Origin: a virus
Lineage: Duplodnaviria; Caudoviricetes
Direction: 5' to 3' (one strand)
Length of the DNA: 51,861 nucleotides
IMG/VR virus record: IMGVR_UViG_3300030329_004367
Span: 1-51,861 of that record
A program made the translations under genes and the position numbers. The notes beneath the pieces are model-generated. The model saw only the letters and a list, made by a program, of their open reading frames with translations. It searched no databases and was not told the DNA's origin. Within the stretch, counting starts at the first letter, position 1. Each line of letters starts with the position of its first letter. This document shows positions 29,358-36,976 of this stretch, piece after piece.

Positions 29358-30566
29358 TTATTCCTTTATCTCTTTAAATAATTCTTCATTTAAGCCTGCC
29401 CCAATTGGAGCGGCCATCCATAGTTTATCAACCGCATAATCTATACCTTTTTTATCAAAAAACTTACTCTCTGCTGATTTCAAATCTTTTAATAACATTT
29501 TTTCCCCAAATGTTAATTTGGCCTTATTTTGTAAATCCCTTATTTGCGACATTCTAGCTGATATTTCTAAAGGCTGTAAAGCATACTCATCCCAATGCCC
29601 CGGTTTGCCTTTTGGTATTTTTTGGCCAACATTAGGATCGGTTATCTTAAATCCTTTTTTTAGATAAGGCTTTATTTTCTCCATATATCCAAGTTCCCAT
29701 CTACTATCAGCCCCATCAAGCTTATTAACAAGCCATTGCATATCATTCTTATGCACTCCATACTGCTTTGCTATATGATCAAGTTCTGCTCCCGTTCTAT
29801 GGCTAGCAGTCCCTAATTGCCCTATATGTGTTGCTTCGTGAACTGCAGTTGATGTCTGCATTGGTTTATTTAATAGCTTTGGCCGAATCCTAATAGACGG
29901 ATTTCTACCAGTGTTAGCTTGGCCTCGTAGATGCCAATCATCCCATCTTTCAAGTGGAGACATCTTATAAGTTTTTGCCCCAGCTATTCTATTCTTAATG
30001 AGATTTTCCCAAGCTTTATATAAATTCATTTTAGCTTTAGCAGGAGCATTTTTTACTATATCGCCACCTTCTACAGTATCTAAAAATCTATCAAATCCTT
30101 TTAAAGAATGAATGTTTTTTCTGGCAGATTCCCTAGCATAATCTAAAGAAGATTGAATAGATTTAGTAGGCTTTGTATCTGCAAGCCAATCCTTTAATTT
30201 AGTTGGAATCTTCTGCCATACTTTTGATTCTATAGAAGTTTTCCAATTCCTTTTAGATCCGGGAAGTAGTTTAAGAATAGCTTTTAAAGATCCTTTTGTA
30301 GCCGCCATAGGCCCAGAAGCTAAATCGGGCATAGCTCCTCCATGAGCAATTACATTTCCTTCATCATCGAATATTTCTCCTCCGCCACCCTGTAAAAACT
30401 CTATTACCTTCCCAATATCTCTATATGTGTCTTGAAGGTTTTCAGAGGGTAATTTTCCAGTAGGAGGTGTTATATTCTTTTGCTGCCAAGCAGAAGTCTT
30501 GTCAGATCCAGCTACGTAATTAAAGACTAAATCATCTTCTAATGCTCGTATCTTATCTGAGGCCAT
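29358..30566 (-). CDS. Zincin-like metallopeptidase-domain protein
   Basis: TAVHEATHIGQ (HExxH) and a downstream YALQPLEISARMSQIR providing the third-ligand Glu. Confidence 0.7.
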   Translation of the reverse strand: MASDKIRALEDDLVFNYVAGSDKTSAWQQKNITPPTGKLPSENLQDTYRDIGKVIEFLQGGGGEIFDDEGNVIAHGGAMPDLASGPMAATKGSLKAILKLLPGSKRNWKTSIESKVWQKIPTKLKDWLADTKPTKSIQSSLDYARESARKNIHSLKGFDRFLDTVEGGDIVKNAPAKAKMNLYKAWENLIKNRIAGAKTYKMSPLERWDDWHLRGQANTGRNPSIRIRPKLLNKPMQTSTAVHEATHIGQLGTASHRTGAELDHIAKQYGVHKNDMQWLVNKLDGADSRWELGYMEKIKPYLKKGFKITDPNVGQKIPKGKPGHWDEYALQPLEISARMSQIRDLQNKAKLTFGEKMLLKDLKSAESKFFDKKGIDYAVDKLWMAAPIGAGLNEELFKEIKE

Positions 30567-30669
30567 TATATACTCCTTATTATATGTAATATTATACTAC
30601 TATACGCAATAAGCTTCCAAAAAGCAACCTTTTTAGAATCTAAAGCTATAGCCTCTATTAGTATTGATT

Positions 30670-31398
30670 TCATTCTATTTCCTTTGGCCTTTCAGCCGCT
30701 TCTAATTTATCAGGGGTAAAACCTTGAAACATAGCTCCAGTAACTGTGGTAACTTGGGTTTTGTTTTTATCCTCCATGTCTAGGATGTCTGCTAACTTAA
30801 ACAAGGCCTTTAGCTTGGTGTCGTCCTTGGTGCAAGAGTCGATTACCTCCTTAATGTTGGTGAGTACATAGTTTTCATTTAACCCTAAAGCTTCCATATA
30901 TGGTTTTAACTCTTCTTTCATAGCACTCCTTACTCTTGCAGTTTTGATAAGTTGTCCCGCACGTATTCCTGCATAGTGCGGATTATTTGTAGGAAAAGCT
31001 TTGAGATACGCTTTACGAGCATCCATGCCCCCTGCCAAATATTGAACAAATACTTCTTCACGTGTGGATAAACCTTCTCTATCATCCAGTCTCTGATTCC
31101 TTTCAATGTCGCCTCCTATTGAATATATATTAGTTCGTTTAGATGTATCCATCTTTGTCTTGTCTGAAACTATAAAGGTTCCTGTACATGTACCAATATA
31201 GTCCAATTCTCTGACCTTACCTTTAGGTTTAGTCATAGTTCCTTTACGTATAATTTGAATAACACAGCCATCATCTGCTAATACCCAATCTGAGAGGGCG
31301 CACTCCCGCCACTCCCGCAAATAATGTATATCTGTAGGTACCTCATCTTCAGAATCAAATACTGTGTGTTGTACTTTATTAACGATATAATGTCTCAT
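30670..31398 (-). CDS. Putative terminase small subunit
   Basis: EEVFVQY...DARKAYLKAF...AGQLIK HTH-like segment and KLKAL..LADIL; near the head of the packaging operon. Confidence 0.6.
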   Translation of the reverse strand: MRHYIVNKVQHTVFDSEDEVPTDIHYLREWRECALSDWVLADDGCVIQIIRKGTMTKPKGKVRELDYIGTCTGTFIVSDKTKMDTSKRTNIYSIGGDIERNQRLDDREGLSTREEVFVQYLAGGMDARKAYLKAFPTNNPHYAGIRAGQLIKTARVRSAMKEELKPYMEALGLNENYVLTNIKEVIDSCTKDDTKLKALFKLADILDMEDKNKTQVTTVTGAMFQGFTPDKLEAAERPKEIE

Positions 31399-31435
31399 TT
31401 ATTTCTCTCCGGATCCCCCAAGGGATTCGGTTGAT

Positions 31436-31609
31436 TTATGCAATTCCCAGAATATCTGCCTCTTCTAAATAAGGCAATATTTCATCTGGAAGCTCCACAA
31501 CTTCATCTCCAGTATCGAGCCAAACACGATCCATTTCAGTATTTTGAAGAGTGTCTATCTCCTCCGTCTTCTTCTCTTCGTAATCTATAATTAACTTATA
31601 CTTTTTCAT
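31436..31609 (-). CDS. Small acidic hypothetical protein
   Basis: Start reassigned to ATG 31609 (GGAGG SD). Confidence 0.6.
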   Translation of the reverse strand: MKKYKLIIDYEEKKTEEIDTLQNTEMDRVWLDTGDEVVELPDEILPYLEEADILGIA

Positions 31610-31738
31610 ACCAGCCTCCACTTTTAGATAGAGCAAGCCCCTGAGCGCCAGAGGCACTTTTTTGGATCTTTAACTCAAAACTTCACTTAAGACCAGTTAT
31701 TTTCTCCCATATCCTAAGCTTATATTTAAGCAATTTTT

Positions 31739-31854
31739 ATCGACTATTGGGGACAAATCAGTCTACTATTTTGAAGACCTACAACCCAACTTCTGACCCA
31801 CCTAGCAGAACTTACTCAAGTGTACTATTTGGGTGATAGTTTTTAACTGTCGAT
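31739..31854 (-). ncRNA. Candidate structured leader RNA of the late operon
   Basis: Terminal ATCGAC/GTCGAT stem; inner ACTAT/ATAGT and TTCTG/CAGAA hairpins; begins just downstream of a promoter match. Confidence 0.45.
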
Positions 31855-31857
31855 ATG

Positions 31858-31889
31858 CAAATATACTATAATAATAAATTAACAACAAA
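31858..31889 (-). promoter_or_regulatory. Late-arm promoter for host RNA polymerase
   Basis: TTTG-N20-TATATTTG (Bacteroidota-type -33/-7 consensus), also readable as TTGTTG-N17-TATATT. Confidence 0.55.
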
Positions 31890-32072
31890 ACTATTTAGTT
31901 AAATTTGAGACATGGTAAGGAGGTTTTGAAAATTATAGCATTTTAGTGTGTGGTGTTTTATATAATGGGTACCCCTTAACAGGGGATTTTAGTTATCACT
32001 TTTACGTTATTTTTGATTTGATTTTTTTTGTTATTTTTAGAGTTAATTATTAATAATATAAGGAAACAAATT

Positions 32073-32426
32073 ATGTCAACAAGATTGAGCACTGGTAGAG
32101 AATGGAATAATCGTATCAAGGTAGATGGTGGTGAAGAAGCTCCAATGTTAGATCCTAAGCATCCAATACAGGCAGCTGTGATGGGTAGAGTAGTAAGGGA
32201 TATCAACAATGGTAACTTTGATAGCATTGGTAACTTGCAAGTAACAGCTAAAGCATTTAATGTTAAAGGCAATGAAAGCAAGGTAGTTATTGGAAGGGAG
32301 ACTGTAACCTTCATGCAAGATAATAATAAAACTATACATGAAGTTACAGATGCAGATCTAGTTAAAGTATATCTAGATAATGGAATGACGATAATCAAGA
32401 CAGAAACTAGAGATATTATGGGCTGA
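32073..32426 (+). CDS. First early-arm protein, hypothetical
   Basis: Start reassigned to ATG 32073 (AAGGA SD). Confidence 0.7.
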   Translation: MSTRLSTGREWNNRIKVDGGEEAPMLDPKHPIQAAVMGRVVRDINNGNFDSIGNLQVTAKAFNVKGNESKVVIGRETVTFMQDNNKTIHEVTDADLVKVYLDNGMTIIKTETRDIMG

Positions 32427-32436
32427 TAAGGCATAG

Positions 32437-32466
32437 TAAGGAGGGTAGTTTATTCTATCCTCCTTA
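32437..32466 (+). terminator. Hairpin after the first early gene
   Basis: TAAGGAGGGTAG / CTATCCTCCTTA 12-bp stem. Confidence 0.55.
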
Positions 32467-32818
32467 TGTAAATTAAATTAATATATTGATAGGTATTATA
32501 GGCTTACTTAAACCCTAATTATGCCTGACGTACACATAGTATCTTATACCAACTTATACCAAACAATACTTTAAGAAGGACGATGATCCTTCAACGTTTG
32601 TAGCTTGTACGTTATACAATCCTATATGCGAACTGCATAGAACAAGTTAGAAGAGACCTCTACCTGATGAATCCATGAGTACGAGGATATGTCTCTTTGA
32701 AATACTTGCAGTGGTCTATCTTGAATAGTTTGTAAAGAATAGAGACAACCTTCGGGGGAACTATACTTTATCACTGTAGGTATAAATAATTAATTCATAC
32801 TTAATATGGAGGTCAGCA

Positions 32819-33082
32819 ATGACTAAAGAAATAAAGATAATAACTATTAATAGTAAGATATCTGAGCTAGATGATGTTAAGACTGAAATACATAAATTTA
32901 AAGATAGTAAAGAGCATCCTTGGACTAAAGCAGGTAAGATGTCAATAGGTCAGTTTCTTAGACACGGATATAAAATAAGAGCTTTTGGTAGAGCTAAATA
33001 TCGAAGAGTTATTAGAGCTGCAGTATTTAGTGAATTTATTGATTATGATTCAAGAGAGCTAATACTAGATAAAGTATTATAA
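32819..33082 (+). CDS. Hypothetical protein
   Basis: 87 aa, GGAGG SD. Confidence 0.65.
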   Translation: MTKEIKIITINSKISELDDVKTEIHKFKDSKEHPWTKAGKMSIGQFLRHGYKIRAFGRAKYRRVIRAAVFSEFIDYDSRELILDKVL

Positions 33083-33183
33083 TTTTTTGAGAGGGTTAAT
33101 ACCCTACGACCTGATATGGTGGTCTATAGTGGAGTAATGAACCACGTTGTACTTAGTACTGGGCTACCTTATCAAATATACTG

Positions 33184-33261
33184 AGCGGGCGAGTGAAATG
33201 GCTTACACACTTGGCTCATAACCAAGAGATAGTAGGGTTCGACTCCCTATGCCCGCATCCA
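33184..33261 (+). tRNA. tRNA-Met(CAT), initiator-like, with encoded CCA
   Basis: GCGGGC/GCCCGC acceptor stem, CTTGG-CTCATAA-CCAAG anticodon arm, TTCGACT T-loop, 3' CCA, 1:72 mismatch. Confidence 0.88.
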
Positions 33262-33409
33262 ATTAAGATAGTCTTAGTATAGCTCTAATATGAGAATACT
33301 AGTTCGATAACAGGTTAGTAACAATAAGACAATCTCTAGAGGTCTGTGAAAACTGCGAGTTATCTATTAATTATATTAGATCATGTGCAAATCATGACGC
33401 TATCTTATT

Positions 33410-33917
33410 ATAGTTACATAGTTCCATTGTAGGTACGAAATCAAAGCAACAACTTTGTAAGAGGTAAAAATGTAAGGAGAGCAACCTAGTAGTCGGCAGG
33501 CAAATGGAAGTGAACCTTATATGATGCTTAACCTTCCTTCACCTCTACTATGTATAAAATTTCAGTGGGGCGAACCAGCATAGATACTGCAGTAATCTAT
33601 AGATGTTCGATAAAATAGCTAGAGTTAAACTATTCAATTGAAAGAGACAACTGGAATAATACAATATGCTGAACTCTGTTGTATTGTGAAGTATGTCTTG
33701 GCCAATCCTATAGGCTAAATAAAAATGCATACTCAATATGCTACCCCTTCAATTTATGATGTTATAGGCTAAAAATAGTCTGTAATAGCTTGTTGGAGAG
33801 AACCTCAGCTTATTAAATAGCTTGGAGGCGTCCTAGGAGCTGGAACATCGTGTAGAGACTTAGTGGTTGACCCAATGTCATCCCGACCACATAAGTCCTA
33901 GTTGTATGATCACTATT
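33410..33917 (+). ncRNA. Candidate large (about 500 nt) multi-stem ncRNA; ends approximate
   Basis: No credible ORF; at least eight nested stems, several with G-U pairs that work only on the plus strand. Confidence 0.55.
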
Positions 33918-33935
33918 AACATAAGGAGAATAGCA

Positions 33936-34055
33936 ATGACGACTGATATTAAAAGATGGGTAGTTTATGTAAATCTTGCATTACTATCAGCTGCAGCTTG
34001 GTATTGTATAGCTGAAGTGTTTTTATCATTTGTTTGGAAATCAATATGGCATTAA
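33936..34055 (+). CDS. Small single-TM protein (39 aa)
   Basis: TAAGGAG SD; MTTDIKRWVVYVNLALLSAAAWYCIAEVFLSFVWKSIWH. Confidence 0.65.
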   Translation: MTTDIKRWVVYVNLALLSAAAWYCIAEVFLSFVWKSIWH

Positions 34056-34073
34056 TAAAATAAGGAGACATTT

Positions 34074-34232
34074 ATGAACAGTTTGGACATATTACTATAT
34101 ACAATATTGGCAGCTGGTACATTATATGGATTCTGGATTATTTTACATATTGTATGGTTTGCAGTCATAGAGATCTATCATAAGATAGATGATGAAATCA
34201 GATATTATAAAGGACGCAGACGTATTAAATAA
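34074..34232 (+). CDS. Small TM protein (52 aa)
   Basis: TAAGGAG SD; MNSLDILLYTILAAGTLYGFWIILHIVWFAVIEIYHKIDDEIRYYKGRRRIK. Confidence 0.65.
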   Translation: MNSLDILLYTILAAGTLYGFWIILHIVWFAVIEIYHKIDDEIRYYKGRRRIK

Positions 34233-34349
34233 TAATTAAGAGAGTGGTTTGAATTGGGGTCTACCAGCTGACGTGCACTAAAACGCAAGGCGAAGCTATT
34301 AGTAGTCAACGGTGTTGAAGACTGCTCTCTTATCAGACGCAAGCTGTTT

Positions 34350-34730
34350 GGGGCCATAATATGATAGTTGATCACTATTATATTACCCTAATCTAGAAAC
34401 CTGTGAATAGGAGTGGATGAAGACCCTTACAGGTACAAAGATAGACATTGTAGTCGCAGTAGGCAGGGTTAAGAGCTCGCTTAACATTCAAATGAATGGC
34501 TGAAGTGTAATCGACATCAATGGTAGGATCCGATAAAATTAGACAGACTAGTCTTTTCCGATCGCTAAGTATACTCTAATCCATTTCTCATGGTAGTATA
34601 CACTCTCAATTGGCTATGATAGCCTTATACAATGTACTTATAAGTATTAGTATAGTATGACAATATAAAGAGAGGGCGTGATATTATAGAGACGGTACCC
34701 TTGGAGGTAATAGTTAAATCCTCCCTAGAC
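34350..34730 (+). ncRNA. Candidate structured ncRNA of about 380 nt directly upstream of the HNH gene; ends approximate
   Basis: Consecutive stems 34357-85, 34399-434, 34468-85, 34569-601 and 34703-24; no SD-led ORF. Confidence 0.5.
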
Positions 34731-34737
34731 ACACAAT

Positions 34738-34765
34738 ATTTCACCAACAATCATCAACATAAGGA
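34738..34765 (+). repeat. 28-nt direct repeat, copy 1 (copy 2 at 36146-36173)
   Basis: ATTTCACCAACAATCATCAACATAAGGA vs ATTTCACTAACAATCACTAACATAAGGA, 25/28 identical. Confidence 0.8.
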
Positions 34766-34775
34766 AAATAACAAA

Positions 34776-35411
34776 ATGACAATTCAAACATTAATAAATA
34801 AATCTATCTTAAAACCAGATCCTGTTAGAGATAATATGGATGGTACTTATAGTATTAAAATAAAAGCTAATAAAAAGAATGCAGTAAGATCTACTCAATG
34901 GAATAAATATGCCATATCACATTGTGATGTCTGTGGAAATACTTGCCCTAAAAGACTTGACTCTAAGCCATCAAGAACATATTGTACTTTAATATGTCAT
35001 AGTAAAATGCAACGTGAAATGAATAGACGTTCAAAATACCAAGATAATGATGGTTGGAGGACTAAAGACTCATATCATGGATATATGGTAAAAAGAATAT
35101 GGGATAATCCTTTTTTTACACAAGGTGAATGGGCAACTCAACATAGATATAATATGGCAATGCTTTTAGGAAGAAAGTTATTAAAAAGTGAAGTAGTACA
35201 TCATATTGACATGAATAAAAGAAATAATAATATTAATAATTTGTGGTTATGTAATTCTAGTCAACATCAAATAGCCCATATGTCATTTAATATGTTATGT
35301 GCTGAAGCTATGAGCAGGCCAGTTCAATTTAAATTTAATATAGAAACAGGTAAATATTATCTAATCAACAAGGAGAAAAACAATGACAGCAACAAAAAAG
35401 AGACTAGGTAG
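34776..35411 (+). CDS. HNH endonuclease with an N-terminal zinc finger
   Basis: CDVCG...YCTLIC; QHRYNM...EVVHHIDMNKRNNNINNL...H; start reassigned to ATG 34776. Confidence 0.88.
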   Translation: MTIQTLINKSILKPDPVRDNMDGTYSIKIKANKKNAVRSTQWNKYAISHCDVCGNTCPKRLDSKPSRTYCTLICHSKMQREMNRRSKYQDNDGWRTKDSYHGYMVKRIWDNPFFTQGEWATQHRYNMAMLLGRKLLKSEVVHHIDMNKRNNNINNLWLCNSSQHQIAHMSFNMLCAEAMSRPVQFKFNIETGKYYLINKEKNNDSNKKETR

Positions 35412-35676
35412 GCCTCGTAAAACAACTACTACTAAAGTTACTAAACGTGTAACTAAAACAGGAACATATAACAATATGCATGAAATAGCTTCAGATGTAA
35501 ATGTCGTAATAAAATCTTTAATCACACAAGATGGAAGATTTACACCACAAGAAGCTTCTGCTATTAGTAAATTATATGGAAATCAATTATCATTAGCAAA
35601 GCTTGAATTAGATCATGCTAGAATAAGTACCGCTAAAACAACAACTACTAAAGATATATTGTCTTTAGGAAATTAA
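35383..35676 (+). CDS. Basic protein with an AT-hook-like GRPRK motif
   Basis: KKRLGRPRK; AAGGAG SD. Confidence 0.55.
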   Translation: MTATKKRLGRPRKTTTTKVTKRVTKTGTYNNMHEIASDVNVVIKSLITQDGRFTPQEASAISKLYGNQLSLAKLELDHARISTAKTTTTKDILSLGN

Positions 35677-35739
35677 GCTCCTGTTAGTATGAAAAAGGGG
35701 GGAGTATTGTTGGCTTCCCCCTAATATTTAGGAGATATT

Positions 35740-36102
35740 ATGAATAAAAAATGTACTAAATGTAATTCTATTAAAGATATAAATTCTTTTTATAAATGTA
35801 AAAGTAAGAAAGATGGATTTCAATCTAACTGTAAAGAATGTCATAATGCTGCTACAAATAGATGGAGGAGTAATAATCCAGAAAAATATCAAAATTATGA
35901 AAGAACTAGACATTATACTAAGGCTCAAAAAAAGAGAAATCAAAATTATGCTAAAAAAAGACGTGTTAATATGAATGATTCATATATACGTGAATTAATA
36001 GGTAAAAAAGATAATATTAGAAGTAAAGATATAACACAAGAATTAATAAAAGCTTGGAGAATAAATCTTCAACTTAAGAGATTATTGAGAAAGAAATCTT
36101 AA
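35740..36102 (+). CDS. Zinc-ribbon basic protein resembling the N-terminal part of HNH/EndoVII proteins; no nuclease motif seen
   Basis: KKCTKC...F......DG....CKEC. Confidence 0.6.
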   Translation: MNKKCTKCNSIKDINSFYKCKSKKDGFQSNCKECHNAATNRWRSNNPEKYQNYERTRHYTKAQKKRNQNYAKKRRVNMNDSYIRELIGKKDNIRSKDITQELIKAWRINLQLKRLLRKKS

Positions 36103-36145
36103 GTTTTGCCATAACTTACGCATGGTCGACCCTGTTATGGCATAA

Positions 36146-36173
36146 ATTTCACTAACAATCACTAACATAAGGA
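36146..36173 (+). repeat. 28-nt direct repeat, copy 2
   Basis: 25/28 identical to 34738-34765. Confidence 0.8.
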
Positions 36174-36180
36174 GTAAAAA

Positions 36181-36297
36181 ATGACTCTTCCAAAACTTGA
36201 AGATATGTATGTTTCAGAACATACTGAAGAAATGTATGCACAAATAATTGCTGAAGAAGATATAAAGGAGATATATGGAGAGGACGCTATCGTATGA
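36181..36297 (+). CDS. Small acidic protein (38 aa)
   Basis: TAAGGAG SD; MTLPKLEDMYVSEHTEEMYAQIIAEEDIKEIYGEDAIV. Confidence 0.55.
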   Translation: MTLPKLEDMYVSEHTEEMYAQIIAEEDIKEIYGEDAIV

Positions 36298-36472
36298 AAA
36301 AGAATATACACACCCCGGTAACATATATTTTCAGTATGTTGGTGACATAACCGAGGATGGTGCTATGACGCTACAACAAAAAGCTGGGTATCATCCTGCT
36401 GGTTATGGATTTTATGGTTTTATTGTATTAAATGGTATAGCAAGATGGTATTGTAGCAATAATTGTGATTAG
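36275..36472 (+). CDS. Hypothetical protein
   Basis: 65 aa; AAGGAG SD; Q...GYHPAGYGF motif. Confidence 0.6.
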   Translation: MERTLSYEKEYTHPGNIYFQYVGDITEDGAMTLQQKAGYHPAGYGFYGFIVLNGIARWYCSNNCD

Positions 36473-36603
36473 CCTATGAGTTATGCTACTCTAAAAAGCA
36501 GACAAGATCCTACAAGGTTAGGACGATCAGGAAGGGGAAGGTTGGAACACTGGATACCGAGAAACGAAGTGTCTTCCCCTTTTAAATTTTAATAGGAGGT
36601 TAT

Positions 36604-36804
36604 ATGACTATATTAAGTAATTGTTGTACTGCTTTTCCTGAAGGAGAAGTAGAAGAAGTCTTAAATGACATAATAGGTACATGTTCTAATTGTCATGAAG
36701 GTGCAATGTTCATTGAAATGGCCGATCTGTTAGAGAATCTAAATGAAGAAATTGATGATGATATAGAGGCTAAAACTATAGGAACTGAAAATGGGAAAGG
36801 TTAA
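36604..36804 (+). CDS. Small zinc-ribbon protein
   Basis: SNCC...CSNCHE; AGGAGG SD. Confidence 0.65.
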   Translation: MTILSNCCTAFPEGEVEEVLNDIIGTCSNCHEGAMFIEMADLLENLNEEIDDDIEAKTIGTENGKG

Positions 36805-36976
36805 AGAACTGTATTTACAACATAAGTTAGAAAATCCAGAATTATATAATGGACATATGGAAGCAGATATGGAATTATATGATTATTACAAGAAAAATAA
36901 ACTAAGAATGAGAGCATACAAAAAAAGGAAAAAAAATGTCAAAAGAAAGTCAAAAAGAACAAAAACCAGTAGTTAA
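36791..36976 (+). CDS. Hypothetical basic protein
   Basis: 61 aa, overlaps both neighbours. Confidence 0.5.
   Translation: MGKVKELYLQHKLENPELYNGHMEADMELYDYYKKNKLRMRAYKKRKKNVKRKSKRTKTSS

Noticed and set aside
31976-32434. 152-aa minus-strand ORF
   Set aside because: Antisense to the SD-led plus-strand gene at 32073-32426
32663-32702. Hammerhead ribozyme core (CTGATGA) here and at 44021
   Set aside because: The stem after CTGATGA is not followed directly by GAAA at either site
33262-33340. tRNA-associated theta (HDV-like) ribozyme
   Set aside because: I could not build the nested double pseudoknot by eye; a descriptor search would be needed to exclude it fully
33852-33899. Group I intron P7 (AGAGACTTA...ATAAGTCC resembles the R/S elements)
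   Set aside because: There is no room for the P3 strand or a normal J8/7, and no interrupted host gene; it remains a weak alternative to test with covariance models
34776-35411. IscB, Cas9-like or TIGR-Tas effector
   Set aside because: Too short, with no RuvC, PLMP or Nop-domain motifs, and no regular repeat array nearby
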